A program made the translations under genes and the position numbers. Below, one piece after another: positions 41,071 to 50,405 of a stretch of 64,000 bases of DNA. Origin of the DNA: Deltaproteobacteria bacterium (GTDB lineage Bacteria; Myxococcota_A; UBA9160; SMWR01); contig JANNIY010000130.1 of NCBI GenBank assembly GCA_031405455.1, positions 974 to 64,973 on the forward strand, in the 5' to 3' direction. The notes under the pieces were generated by a model. The model did no database searches. It saw only the letters and a list, made by a program, of their open reading frames with translations, and had not been told where the DNA came from. Numbering within the stretch: the stretch's first letter is position 1; every line of letters begins with the position of its first letter.

Positions 41071-44000
41071 ATGTCCGGTCCGCAGCGCCCGGCGCGCTCG
41101 CTCTGCCGAATTTTGTGCCTCGGCTTCGCGCTCGGCGTGCTGTGTTCCGCGGCGCGGGCGGAGGAACCCGCCGTGGAATGGCGGGGCACGATCCGCGGCC
41201 AGGTCTTCGACAGCAAGAAGGAAACTCCGGTCGGATACGCAACGGTCACGCTGATCTGGCCCGCGCCGGAGGATGGCAGCCCGGCGCGGCGCGCCGTCGC
41301 GATCAGCGATCCCAACGGGGCATTCGAGTTCGAAGCGATCCCGGCCGGAAGCTACAACCTCGAATTCAGCCGCTCGGGCTACCAGGCCTCCACGTTGCTG
41401 AATTTTAGCGTGAAGCCCGACCAGCTCGATCGCGCGGACTTCCGCATGCCGCCGCTCGCGGCCACAACGTCCGAAAGCGCCCCAGGCGGGAGCCCGGAGC
41501 CGCCGCTCGAAGACGCGTCCGATGTCGAAGAGTTCGTCGTCCTCGGCGCACGGGTCGAAGCTCTCGAGGCATCGCGGGCGGAATCGGATCAATTGATCAA
41601 CACCCTGAGCGCGGAGGAGTTCTCGAAGTTCGCCGCCTCCGACGTCGGCGACGCGATCAAGCGGATTGCTGGCATCAACGTCGTCGAAGGCCAGTTCGCG
41701 ATCATCCGGGGGCTCGAGGATCGCTACAGCAGCACGCTCTACAACTCGGCCCCGATTCCGAGCCCGGATCCCAACAGTCAATCCGTCCAGCTCGACCTGT
41801 TCCCCTCCGAAGTCGTGAGCAATCTCGTCGTCGCCAAGACCTTCGCACCCGATCTGCCCAGCAATTCGGCCGGTGGATCGATCAACATCGTCACGCACGC
41901 CTATCCCGAGGAATTCGAGATGGGAGTGAAGGGCGGCACCGGCTTCAACACCAATGCCAGCAACCGCTTCATCGAGTTCGAAAATGGCTCCCCTGTGGGA
42001 CACGACGTCGGCGCCAGCGACACCATCGAGAGCGAGGTCGGCGCGTGGCTCGGGGGACGTGGCGAAATCGCGGGTCGCGAGTACCGCTACAAAGCCGTCG
42101 GGAACTGGGAAGTCAACTATGCCACCGCCGAGGGCTTCCAGGAGGCCCGCGAGCCTCGAGCCGCCCAGATCCGGAATTTCCCGAGGCCGCCCACGATCAT
42201 CCAATCCGGCGATCTCTCGCTCGGGCAGCTCGGCCTGAGCGGAGGCCGATTCGACCTGACCGAAAGCGGCCGGGAGGAGCAGGCAACCGGCTATGCCGGT
42301 CTTGGCATCGACATCGACCCGGAGGGCAGCCATAAACTCGATGGCTCCATCTTCTACACCCACAAGACCGACGAGATCGTGCAGCTCGAGGAGAACGGCT
42401 ACCTGCCGAATTTCGACTACGGCAGCATCGACCCGTCGGACGTCAACCCCAACGCCGACTTCGACGGTTTCGCAACCCCGAGCGCCTGGATCGCGCGTTC
42501 TGTCCGCAGCAATTCCAACGACGCAGCGAGCCGGGGACCCCTCTGGTTCGCGAGCTTCTACCAGAGCGCGTCGTACAAGATCGAGCGAGACCTGCTGGTG
42601 ACCCAGCTCAATGGAGATCACCACATCGATCAGCTCGAGGGATTGCACTTCAGCTGGGCGGCGAACTACGCGCACACCAGCGAGACGGAGGCTGCGCTCG
42701 GAGCGCGTTACTTCTACGAACCAGACGACACCACACAGGTTCCGACCCGCTTCCCCACCACACCCGAAGCGCTCGGCTCCGGGCGATACGCAGCGAACAA
42801 CGGAATCTTCACCAACGACAACGACGTCACGGAGGATCAGGGCTTCGGGCGGCTCGATCTGGACTACGAGAGGCCTCTCACCGAGCATGTCACGGTCTCG
42901 CTGATGACCGGCGGCTGGTACGAGCATGCGACCCGCAACGTCGACTCGAGCTTCCTCGAGAGCCCGTCGGTGGATGGCAGCTCCCAGTTCGTGATTTTCG
43001 GTGACACCCCCCAGCAGCTCGGCGATTCGATCTTCGCCGAGCTCGACCAGGGCCCCGATGGCGAGCCCTCCTTCAACCGTGCGACGGCGAACGACGCGAT
43101 GCGCCAGATCGGGGCCTGGAATCTCGGCAGCAAGACCACGTTGTGGGACGATCTCGATCTGCTCAGTGGCTTCCGCGTCGAGAGCATCCTGATCGAGTCG
43201 AACAACGACCCGTTCATCGGCGAAGACCGTTTCGGCGCGCCGGAGATCTTCCCATCGCGCTACCTGTTCTTCGATCGGCTCGACAACCCGGCCCGGGGTG
43301 AAGTGAGCGCCCCGCCACCGACGGGGACGACGTTCAATGATCAGCTGCTCGGCATCGACGTTCCGGTCGACCCGGTCACCGGGCTGGTCGACCTGAACGA
43401 CGCGGCCAGCATCGAGGAGTTCGTCAACGGCAAGATCAACGAACTTCACGTGCTACCGGCCGTCGGGTTCACCTATCGGCCCCTCGAAGGGTTGGCCCTG
43501 CGCGGCGCCTACTCGCAGACGATCGCGCGGCCGTCGTTCCGCGAGATGGGCTTCTACGTCTCCGTCGAGCCCGCCACGGACGATCTGATCGTCGGCAATC
43601 CGCAGCTCGGACTCTCCGACGTCGAGAGTTGGGATGGTCGCCTGGAGTACAACTGGGGCGAACTCGGGGATCTCTTCGCCCTCAGCGGCTTCTACAAGAC
43701 GATCCAGGACCCGATCGAAAGCATCGTCATCCGCAACCCGCTCAACTTCGAGGGCTCGTCCAGCGCGCTCTACCGCACGTTCTTCAACAATCCGAATCAG
43801 GCTTCGCTATGGGGCATCGAGGTCGAAGCCCGCAAGAACCTGGGCTTTCTGGGCCCTGATTTCATGGAGTACCTCTCGGTCGGCGGAAACTACACCTACA
43901 TCAATGCCAAGGTGAATCGCACCGAGATCGAACTGGCTCGCTCGCTGGCGTTCTTCGGAACGGCGGCCGGCGACGAGGAGCGCTTCTCCGAGCTGTCGCA

Positions 44001-44394
44001 GAGCCGGCGCCTTTTCGGTCAGCCCGAGTGGATCGCAAACACCGACATCACCTTCGATCATCCGGACTGGGGAACCAAGGCCACGCTCGCATTCTTTGCA
44101 ATCAGCGATGTGCTGGATGCCGCGGGCAGTGCCACGATCTCGCCCAACGGATCGGTCATCTCCTACACCCTCGATCGCTACATCGACAGCTTCTCGCAAT
44201 TGGATCTGATCCTCAGTCAGACCTGGCACGTCGATCTGCTTCGCGGAGATCTGACCTTCAGGCTCAGCGCCAAGAACCTCACGGATAGTACGCGCAGGAT
44301 TGTGTACGACCCGTACCAGACGAGCGGCAAGATTCCCGAACGCTCATACAAAGTGGGCCGCGACTTCAAGTTCTCGATCTCCTACACGTTCTGA
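41071..44394 (+). CDS. TonB-dependent receptor with N-terminal carboxypeptidase-regulatory-like domain
   Basis: 1107 aa. After the signal peptide comes a CarboxypepD_reg-like domain (IRGQVFDSKKETPVGYATVTL...NGAFEFEAIPAGSYNLEFSRSGY). The plug is DAIKRIAGINVVEGQFAIIRGL. The 22-strand barrel ends in FKFSISYTF. Confidence 0.9.
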   Translation: MSGPQRPARSLCRILCLGFALGVLCSAARAEEPAVEWRGTIRGQVFDSKKETPVGYATVTLIWPAPEDGSPARRAVAISDPNGAFEFEAIPAGSYNLEFSRSGYQASTLLNFSVKPDQLDRADFRMPPLAATTSESAPGGSPEPPLEDASDVEEFVVLGARVEALEASRAESDQLINTLSAEEFSKFAASDVGDAIKRIAGINVVEGQFAIIRGLEDRYSSTLYNSAPIPSPDPNSQSVQLDLFPSEVVSNLVVAKTFAPDLPSNSAGGSINIVTHAYPEEFEMGVKGGTGFNTNASNRFIEFENGSPVGHDVGASDTIESEVGAWLGGRGEIAGREYRYKAVGNWEVNYATAEGFQEAREPRAAQIRNFPRPPTIIQSGDLSLGQLGLSGGRFDLTESGREEQATGYAGLGIDIDPEGSHKLDGSIFYTHKTDEIVQLEENGYLPNFDYGSIDPSDVNPNADFDGFATPSAWIARSVRSNSNDAASRGPLWFASFYQSASYKIERDLLVTQLNGDHHIDQLEGLHFSWAANYAHTSETEAALGARYFYEPDDTTQVPTRFPTTPEALGSGRYAANNGIFTNDNDVTEDQGFGRLDLDYERPLTEHVTVSLMTGGWYEHATRNVDSSFLESPSVDGSSQFVIFGDTPQQLGDSIFAELDQGPDGEPSFNRATANDAMRQIGAWNLGSKTTLWDDLDLLSGFRVESILIESNNDPFIGEDRFGAPEIFPSRYLFFDRLDNPARGEVSAPPPTGTTFNDQLLGIDVPVDPVTGLVDLNDAASIEEFVNGKINELHVLPAVGFTYRPLEGLALRGAYSQTIARPSFREMGFYVSVEPATDDLIVGNPQLGLSDVESWDGRLEYNWGELGDLFALSGFYKTIQDPIESIVIRNPLNFEGSSSALYRTFFNNPNQASLWGIEVEARKNLGFLGPDFMEYLSVGGNYTYINAKVNRTEIELARSLAFFGTAAGDEERFSELSQSRRLFGQPEWIANTDITFDHPDWGTKATLAFFAISDVLDAAGSATISPNGSVISYTLDRYIDSFSQLDLILSQTWHVDLLRGDLTFRLSAKNLTDSTRRIVYDPYQTSGKIPERSYKVGRDFKFSISYTF

Positions 44395-44766
44395 GAATTG
44401 CCGTCTCCCCTCCGATCGCGCGCCGCCCGTAGCCGCGCGCATCGACGGAAACGGGACCCGCGCGGCCGCGTTCGGCGGCATTTGCGTCATCCCGCTGCCA
44501 TTTCCGTGACGATTGGATGAACCGCGCCACTGCGGCGGAACAGACGCCACGTTCTACTGCAGAGAGGCAAATGGATCGGACGCGCGTCGTGCATTCCTCG
44601 CACAGTCGTAACCCAAGCTTCCCGGCTGAATGTCCGGATCGCCGAACGATATGGCCGAACACCGAAAGAAACCGTTCGCGACGGCGAGTAGCCTGCCATC
44701 CGCCGCTCCGAGCTTCGTCTCGACACGGCTGACATCAAGCAACCAGAACACCCAAGAAGGGGTCAA

Positions 44767-46488
44767 TTGAAAATGCTGCAGAAATGGATCCATACACTCG
44801 TGTTTGCTCTCGCTCTCGTCGGCAGCGCCGGCGTCGCGGGCGCACAGATTTCGTGGAACACCGACATCACGACCAACACGACCTGGAACGGCGAGTACGT
44901 GCTCGAGAAGCCGATTTTCGTGAAGAACAACGCGACGCTCACGATCGTCGCGGGCTCGCTCGTACGCGGTCAACCGCGATCGGGAGCCGTCGTGGCTGGA
45001 TCGACCGTGGGCAGCCCCGGCGCGATCATCGTCACGCAAGCCGGTCGGATCGTGGCCGAGGGCACCAAGGGCAACGGCGTGACGCCGGGCCTTCCGATCA
45101 TCATGACGACGGCGGCGGTCGACAACAACCTCGACGGCATCGCCGATGACGACGACCTCAATGGCTTCGAGGATGCGTGGGTCTCGGGGGACCTGTTCCT
45201 CGACAGCGATCCGAAGAACGCGCCCCTCGCGCCGCTCAACAAGGCCGGCAAGGCCAACGTCGCCCTCTGGGGCGGCCTGGTGATCCTGGGCAACGCGCCC
45301 ACGAACGACGCAGACAAGGCGGGGCTCGGCTTCGGCAAGGCGACCGTCGAAGGTCTCACCGTTCCCGGCTTCCCGGTCGCGGACGTGACCTACGGCGGTC
45401 TGCTGCCGCACGACAACTCGGGCCGCCTTCGATACGTCTCGATCCGACACGCGGGGGACGAGATCGGCGAAGGCAACGAGCTGAACGGCCTCTCGCTCGG
45501 CGGCGTCGGCGACGGGACGGTGATCGACAACGTCGAGATCTACTGCAACTTCGATGACGGCATCGAGTGGTTCGGCGGAACGGTCAACGGCAGCCATCTC
45601 GCCGTCTTCTTCGTCGGCGACGACATGTTCGACCTCGACGAAGGCTACACCGGTGTCAACCAGTTCATGTTTGGCATCATGCCGTTCTTCAACGAGAACG
45701 ACGGCGCAGCCTACGGGTCGGCATCGGGCGACAAGGCCGGCGAGAACGACGGCGACAATTATCGCCCGGACAACGTAGCTCTCAACAACAACGTGACCGT
45801 TCGCATCAACATCGACCAGAGCGTGGTCAACACGACTCCGTGGCCCCTGTCCAATCCGATCGAATACAACATGACGGTGATCGGCTCGACGCCGGACGCC
45901 GGGCAGGAGTTCACGCCGGCTTCGCCTGCGGCGACGAACCGCGGCATCCAGTTCCGCAACGGCTTCGCCGGTGAGGTCTGGAACAGCATCATCGTCAACA
46001 CGGGCGCCGAGACCGGCATCGAGATCGGCTCGGGAACGGGCGCGCCGGGCTTCAGCGTGGTCGAGAACGCGAACCCGGCGGCGGCGCTGATCTCGCTGGT
46101 CTGCTCGACACTCGACGACGGCGCTGCGCTCGCCGCCGACGAGCTCAACGTCGTCGGCAACGGCAACGCCCTTGCCGTGACGGACGGCGCCACCGCGCCG
46201 GGAAGCAACAATGTGGTCAATAGCGCCGCCTTCCCGAACCTCGTGAAGGAAGACGCGACCTTCAATCCGACCGGCAATGGGGCAGGCAAGCTGGACGCCT
46301 CGCTCAAGGTCTCTCCGATCAACCCCCGCCCGAACGCAGGCCTCACCGGCGTGGCGGGCTGCCCGGGACCGCGCGGCCCCGGACTCGACGCGACCGCGAC
46401 GTACCGCGGTGCGTTCCTGCGCACGGCGCCGGAACTTTGGACGACAGGCTGGACGGCCCTGAATCTGGCCGGCCTGCTGGCGGACTGA
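44767..46488 (+). CDS. Secreted hypothetical protein with beta-helix-like repeats
   Basis: The signal is LVFALALVGSAGVAGAQ (TTG at 44767 or ATG at 44773). Recurring G-D-D/N-G turns appear, e.g. NVEIYCNFDDGIEWFGGTVNGSHLAVFFVGDDMFDLDEGYTG. The conserved-looking C-terminus is TYRGAFLRTAPELWTTGWTALN. Confidence 0.6.
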   Translation: MKMLQKWIHTLVFALALVGSAGVAGAQISWNTDITTNTTWNGEYVLEKPIFVKNNATLTIVAGSLVRGQPRSGAVVAGSTVGSPGAIIVTQAGRIVAEGTKGNGVTPGLPIIMTTAAVDNNLDGIADDDDLNGFEDAWVSGDLFLDSDPKNAPLAPLNKAGKANVALWGGLVILGNAPTNDADKAGLGFGKATVEGLTVPGFPVADVTYGGLLPHDNSGRLRYVSIRHAGDEIGEGNELNGLSLGGVGDGTVIDNVEIYCNFDDGIEWFGGTVNGSHLAVFFVGDDMFDLDEGYTGVNQFMFGIMPFFNENDGAAYGSASGDKAGENDGDNYRPDNVALNNNVTVRINIDQSVVNTTPWPLSNPIEYNMTVIGSTPDAGQEFTPASPAATNRGIQFRNGFAGEVWNSIIVNTGAETGIEIGSGTGAPGFSVVENANPAAALISLVCSTLDDGAALAADELNVVGNGNALAVTDGATAPGSNNVVNSAAFPNLVKEDATFNPTGNGAGKLDASLKVSPINPRPNAGLTGVAGCPGPRGPGLDATATYRGAFLRTAPELWTTGWTALNLAGLLAD

Positions 46489-46508
46489 TCGGAACTCGTA
46501 CGGAAAAC

Positions 46509-46550
46509 CAGGGTGCTGCCCGCCCGCAGCGGCGGACAGGCAGCACCCTG
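46509..46550 (+). terminator. 12-bp perfect stem hairpin after the 44767-46488 gene
   Basis: CAGGGTGCTGCC-(18 nt)-GGCAGCACCCTG lies 21 nt after the stop. There is no clear U-tract on the plus strand. Confidence 0.55.
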
Positions 46551-46583
46551 AAACCTGAAACACCAGAGGAAGAATCAAGCACC

Positions 46584-47420
46584 ATGAAGACGAAACTTTT
46601 CACGATTGCGTCGCTGCTCGCGTCCATCACCCTGAGCTTGTTCAGCGCCAACCCGGCGCGCGCCGCGATGGTCGCGGGCTGGGACTTCTCCCAGTACTTC
46701 GCCGACGGACTGCTCTCGATCGATGGCGCCTCGTATACGGATACGCTCAGCGCCAATTACTCGGATCTCGACCCGACGCAGGGCGCGGGAACCGAGTCGG
46801 CTGCGTTCGGAACGATGTATCTGAATGGGCAGTTCGGGTCGACCAACGTGAACGCCGGATCGGGCAGCGAGCCCATTCTTCCGTCGGGCGCGTTGGGCGG
46901 CTCGCTCAGCTCGAACCTCGGTGCGCCGGGCGGTCTCGGGGGTTCACTGGACTTCGATACGTTCTCGATTCTCGCTTTCGAAGGCCAGGAGTATACGAAC
47001 GCCCTCGCCCTGACGGCGGCCGACGCTGCGAGCGCCGTGTTCGCGGCAAACCTGAGCTCGGTTCCCGAGATCGGCAGTGACTGGTCGATCAGCTTCGGCG
47101 CCAGGACGTTCAGCGGCGCCGGATCGGTGGGGATCGCGTTCTCCACCGACGGCACCAGCTACGCGAGCATTGGATCGGTGATCCTCAGTGCCCTGGATAC
47201 GCTCTACAGCGTGAACCTGGGCGCAATCGCCACCGATACCGCGTTCGTCAAGCTCAGCTTCGATGCTCCCGCCGCGGGCGGGGTGGGCCAGGCCTTCATC
47301 GACAACGTGGCCGTCAACGCGACCGTGAGCGCGATCCCCGAGCCGGGCACCGCGCTTCTCTTCGGTCTCGGAATGCTCGGCCTCGGCGTCGCAGGCCGCC
47401 GGCGCACGCCGCGCGCGTGA
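46584..47420 (+). CDS. PEP-CTERM sorting-domain protein
   Basis: ATG at 46584 with signal peptide SITLSLFSANPARA. The C-terminus IPEPGTALLFGLGMLGLGVAGRRR combines the PEP motif, a TM segment and an Arg cluster. Confidence 0.85.
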   Translation: MKTKLFTIASLLASITLSLFSANPARAAMVAGWDFSQYFADGLLSIDGASYTDTLSANYSDLDPTQGAGTESAAFGTMYLNGQFGSTNVNAGSGSEPILPSGALGGSLSSNLGAPGGLGGSLDFDTFSILAFEGQEYTNALALTAADAASAVFAANLSSVPEIGSDWSISFGARTFSGAGSVGIAFSTDGTSYASIGSVILSALDTLYSVNLGAIATDTAFVKLSFDAPAAGGVGQAFIDNVAVNATVSAIPEPGTALLFGLGMLGLGVAGRRRTPRA

Positions 47421-47445
47421 TCGGCGCATCGCCGCGGTGAACTCC

Positions 47446-47484
47446 GGAACCGCCACCCCTTGCGGGGTGGCGGTTCCCATTTTC
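47446..47484 (+). terminator. Rho-independent terminator
   Basis: GGAACCGCCACCCC-TTGC-GGGGTGGCGGTTCC (14-bp perfect stem, 4-nt loop) is followed by CATTTTC. It lies 26 nt after the PEP-CTERM gene stop. Confidence 0.85.
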
Positions 47485-47496
47485 AGGGGAGCGCCC

Positions 47497-48348
47497 ATGT
47501 CTCGTCTTCTCTGCCTCGTGTTGTTGCTCGCAGCGTCGGCGCGAGCGGACGTCTCCGAGGGGACCCTCACGAGCAGCCTGCCCGAGTATCACGCGCAAGA
47601 CGCGAACGCAGCCGTCGTGACGGACGCAAACCTGCTCGACAGCGAACGCTTCTGGCCGTATCAGGTCGCACTGACCCGTGACTGGCGGCCTTCGGGCCGC
47701 GCTCAACCCCTGGGCCCGGATGCATCCGGCGTGTTGGTCCGCGTCGAAGCCTCCGGAATGGCGCGCGTCGATTTCGGACGCGACGGGCTCTACGAAGTCC
47801 CGGTCGCGGCTACGGATCTCGTGAGCCGCGCCAATCGCATCCGCCTCGGCGAGCTCGCGAAGCTCGCACCGAACTTCCTGCTGGCGATCGCTCCGAGACT
47901 GGTCGACTCCGCGTCCGATTCGCTGCGCCCATATGCATTCGCGTCTGCGACGGAGGGAAGCGGCTTCCTTTGCGTCTTCGCTGATCCAGATTCGAAGGGC
48001 TTCGCCAGCCTGGCCGCCGCCCTGGCTCCGCTCCACGGCCAGCACGGCGTCTTGACGATCCTGTTTCCGCAGGGCACACATCCCGACGCGCAGGTGCGAG
48101 AGAGACTGCGTTCCCTGAAATGGCCCGTACCGTTCGTCTACGACCATCTATCGGAAGCCTACACCCGGTCGCTGCTGAACGAGGCGAACTCGCCGCCGAC
48201 CCTCCTCCTGCAGACGAAGGATGGCCGCGTTCTCTTCCAGGCCCCAGCGCGAATAGCTGCCGTGCGCGAGCTGACTGCGAAGCTAGCCGAAGAATTCGGA
48301 GCCGGGACGGCGCCGACCCCCGTCGCGGACCGCAGAAACCAACGCTAG
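47497..48348 (+). CDS. Secreted hypothetical protein, C-terminal thioredoxin-fold-like region without CxxC
   Basis: ATG at 47497 with signal LLCLVLLLAASARA. The C-terminal part, GFLCVFADPDSKGF...LTILFPQG...TLLLQTKDGRVLFQ, resembles the TlpA/AhpC fold topology but lacks the redox cysteines. Confidence 0.5.
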   Translation: MSRLLCLVLLLAASARADVSEGTLTSSLPEYHAQDANAAVVTDANLLDSERFWPYQVALTRDWRPSGRAQPLGPDASGVLVRVEASGMARVDFGRDGLYEVPVAATDLVSRANRIRLGELAKLAPNFLLAIAPRLVDSASDSLRPYAFASATEGSGFLCVFADPDSKGFASLAAALAPLHGQHGVLTILFPQGTHPDAQVRERLRSLKWPVPFVYDHLSEAYTRSLLNEANSPPTLLLQTKDGRVLFQAPARIAAVRELTAKLAEEFGAGTAPTPVADRRNQR

Positions 48349-48364
48349 CCGGAGTTCGCGGGCC

Positions 48365-48682
48365 TCACGCGCCTGGGATGCCAGCCGGTTCGGCCGTGAT
48401 CGAGACGATGATCCCGTCAGCCTTCTGCGCCCGCAGAACCCAGCCGGACAGATCAGGTCGCTTCGCGGCGTACGCCGTGAACTCGCGGAAGATGCCGAAA
48501 GGCATGCCGACATGCGTGTGGGTTCGCAGCCCGCGCGGAACACCCGCATCGAATGTGAGGATGGCGTGGCGATCCGTTCTCGATTCCGCGACGAAAGCAG
48601 CGCTTCGTGCGGTCGTCGCGAATGAGACCCATCGGGCAATCGTCGCCCGATCGAAACCGATGGTTTGCACAGACGCGATCAA
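48365..48682 (-). CDS. Small hypothetical protein, last gene of the 50974-48365 operon
   Basis: The in-frame TTG at 48682 overlaps the cytochrome c stop (TTGA); a GTG lies 4 codons later. The sequence WVSFATTARSAAFVAESRTDRHAILTFDAGVPRGLRTHTHVGMPFGIFREFTAYAAK... has ordinary globular composition, unlike the shadow ORFs. Confidence 0.45.
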   Translation of the reverse strand: MIASVQTIGFDRATIARWVSFATTARSAAFVAESRTDRHAILTFDAGVPRGLRTHTHVGMPFGIFREFTAYAAKRPDLSGWVLRAQKADGIIVSITAEPAGIPGA

Positions 48683-49098
48683 TCCTTGCGCTGAATCGAC
48701 TTGAGGTACTCGACGAGCACCGCGATCCGACCGCGCGAGATTTCCTCGGCGACGCCCGAATCCGGGATCGCGTCGCCGAAGCGATCGCCCCAGATCGGCA
48801 TCTCGCGGTTTCCGTGCGCCGGAAGATCGAAGCGTCCGTCGATCTTGCGCGCGACTTCGCCGTCCGGGAAGGCGCCCCCACGCCGCGCAGCGATGCGGGT
48901 GAGATCGGCCGGCCGCACGAGCAATGCCGCGGCGGCGGGACCATTGCCCTGTGCGCCCAGACCGTGGCAGCTGGCGCAGTAGCGCGGAAACGCCTCGGCC
49001 CCGAGCTCCGCGAGGACGGGGTCGTACGCCGGCTCGGCGCGGGTGATCCCGGCAGGCAACAGCGAACCGAACAGACAGACGATCACGAACCAGCGCAT
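48679..49098 (-). CDS. c-type cytochrome (monohaem), paralogue of 2948-3418
   Basis: The ATG at 49098 lies 2 nt after the upstream stop, with AAGGAGG inside the upstream gene. The signal is VCLFGSLLPAGITRA and the haem motif is CASCH. Shared motifs with the paralogue are DLTRIAARRGGAFPD, REMPIWG and YLKSIQ. Confidence 0.85.
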   Translation of the reverse strand: MRWFVIVCLFGSLLPAGITRAEPAYDPVLAELGAEAFPRYCASCHGLGAQGNGPAAAALLVRPADLTRIAARRGGAFPDGEVARKIDGRFDLPAHGNREMPIWGDRFGDAIPDSGVAEEISRGRIAVLVEYLKSIQRKD

Positions 49099-49100
49099 CC

Positions 49101-50405
49101 TCAGCCTCCTTTGGGGTTGGGCTCCTCGCGGCCAGCGCAGAGTGCCTCGCGAAAATCGGGGTGAGCAATTGCAGCGAGCCGCTCGGCGCGCTCCTCGACG
49201 CTGCGCCCAGCGAGCTCCGCCGCGCCGAACTCCGTGACGACGACATCCACCTGGTGGCGCGGCGTCGTCACGATCGAGCCCGGCGCGAGCGTGCGTACGA
49301 TGCGAGAAACGCGCTGGCCGGACACGAGCACGCTCGAGGGCAGGCACAACAGCGAGCGATCGTCGTCGCCGAGCGCGGCGCCAGCGACGAAATCCTCGTG
49401 ACCGCCGATCCCCGAGTACTGCGCGCCGTGGATCGTGTCGGCGACGACCTGTCCGTGAAGGTCGATCTCGAGCGCGCCGTTCAGCGAGCGCATTCGTCGG
49501 TTGCGGCCGATGGTGGTTGGATCGTTGACGACGTCGACGGGCAGGAAGCGCACGTCGCTGCGATCGTTCAGCCAGTCGTAGAGTTCGCGCGTACCCATCG
49601 CGAAGGTCGCCACCGAAAAACCATCGAAGAGGCCCTTGCGGCGGTTGCTCACCTTGCCGGCCTGATGGAGCCGCATCAGCCCGGTCGTGAACATCTCCGA
49701 GTGGATACCATAGTCACCGCCCGCGCCCGAGGCGAGCCGCGTGACCACCTGGCTTGGAATCGCCCCGATGCCGGTCTGGAGGGTCGCCGCCTCGGGGATG
49801 AACCGCAGCGCGTGCTCGGCGATCGCGGCGGCGACCTCGTTCGGCTCTTCATCGGGTAGCTCCCGCGGCGCGCGATCGCTGTGCACGAGCACGTCGATCT
49901 CGCTCGACGCGAGCGCGTGTGGATGCTCGGGCGGGAGCCCGAGCGTGCGCGGGAACCGCGGGCTCGCCTCGACGACCAGCAGGCGCTGCGGGTCGGCTCC
50001 GCAGCGATGCAGTTCCGAAACCATCGCGCCGGCGTGCAGCGAGAGACTCATGCCTCCCCCCTCCCCCGCCGGCGCCACACTCGTCGCCATCACGCGCGGC
50101 GCGAGCTGGCGTGCGATCTTCGCAAAGCGGCGGAAATCGCCCGGAACGAAGCGTACGTCGTGTCCCGCCTTGCGCAGCACGCGCTCGATGGGCCCGAAGA
50201 ATCCCGAGAGCAGGCGTACACCCGGGCGTGTGAAGAGCCGGTGGGGACTGGTGAGCAGCGCTGCGAAGACGGTCAGCTGCTGCCAATCGTCGCGTTCGCC
50301 GAGCGCGTCGAGGAACGCGGCCGGAATGCCCGGGCCGAGCGGCAGCGCCAGCGAGTCGATCGGCCGTAGGCGGGCGGCAGCTTCGGCCGCGCTGCAGATC
50401 TTCAA
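49101..50405 (-). CDS. Acetyl-CoA hydrolase/transferase family protein (4-hydroxybutyrate CoA-transferase-like)
   Basis: 434 aa. Motifs TLQTGIGAIPSQV, GIHSEMFTTGL and GGHEDFVAGA are characteristic of the AcetylCoA_hydro/transf family. The TTG start overlaps the upstream stop. Confidence 0.8.
   Translation of the reverse strand: MKICSAAEAAARLRPIDSLALPLGPGIPAAFLDALGERDDWQQLTVFAALLTSPHRLFTRPGVRLLSGFFGPIERVLRKAGHDVRFVPGDFRRFAKIARQLAPRVMATSVAPAGEGGGMSLSLHAGAMVSELHRCGADPQRLLVVEASPRFPRTLGLPPEHPHALASSEIDVLVHSDRAPRELPDEEPNEVAAAIAEHALRFIPEAATLQTGIGAIPSQVVTRLASGAGGDYGIHSEMFTTGLMRLHQAGKVSNRRKGLFDGFSVATFAMGTRELYDWLNDRSDVRFLPVDVVNDPTTIGRNRRMRSLNGALEIDLHGQVVADTIHGAQYSGIGGHEDFVAGAALGDDDRSLLCLPSSVLVSGQRVSRIVRTLAPGSIVTTPRHQVDVVVTEFGAAELAGRSVEERAERLAAIAHPDFREALCAGREEPNPKGG

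Noticed and set aside
44224-44240. TGGCACGTCGATCTGCT inside the 3' end of the receptor gene. It is nearly identical to the USP promoter site F (TGGCACGTGATCTGCT).
   Set aside because: It has one extra nucleotide between the GG and GC elements, and sigma-54 does not tolerate that. It also lies inside a coding region, more than 500 nt from the next start codon. It is kept only as a curiosity.
44526-44532. A GCCACTG (B12-box-like) string in the long gap downstream of the TonB-dependent receptor, considered as a cobalamin riboswitch.
   Set aside because: I could not find the other conserved cobalamin-riboswitch elements around it. The string lies after the receptor gene, not before it. The call is unsupported without an Infernal scan.
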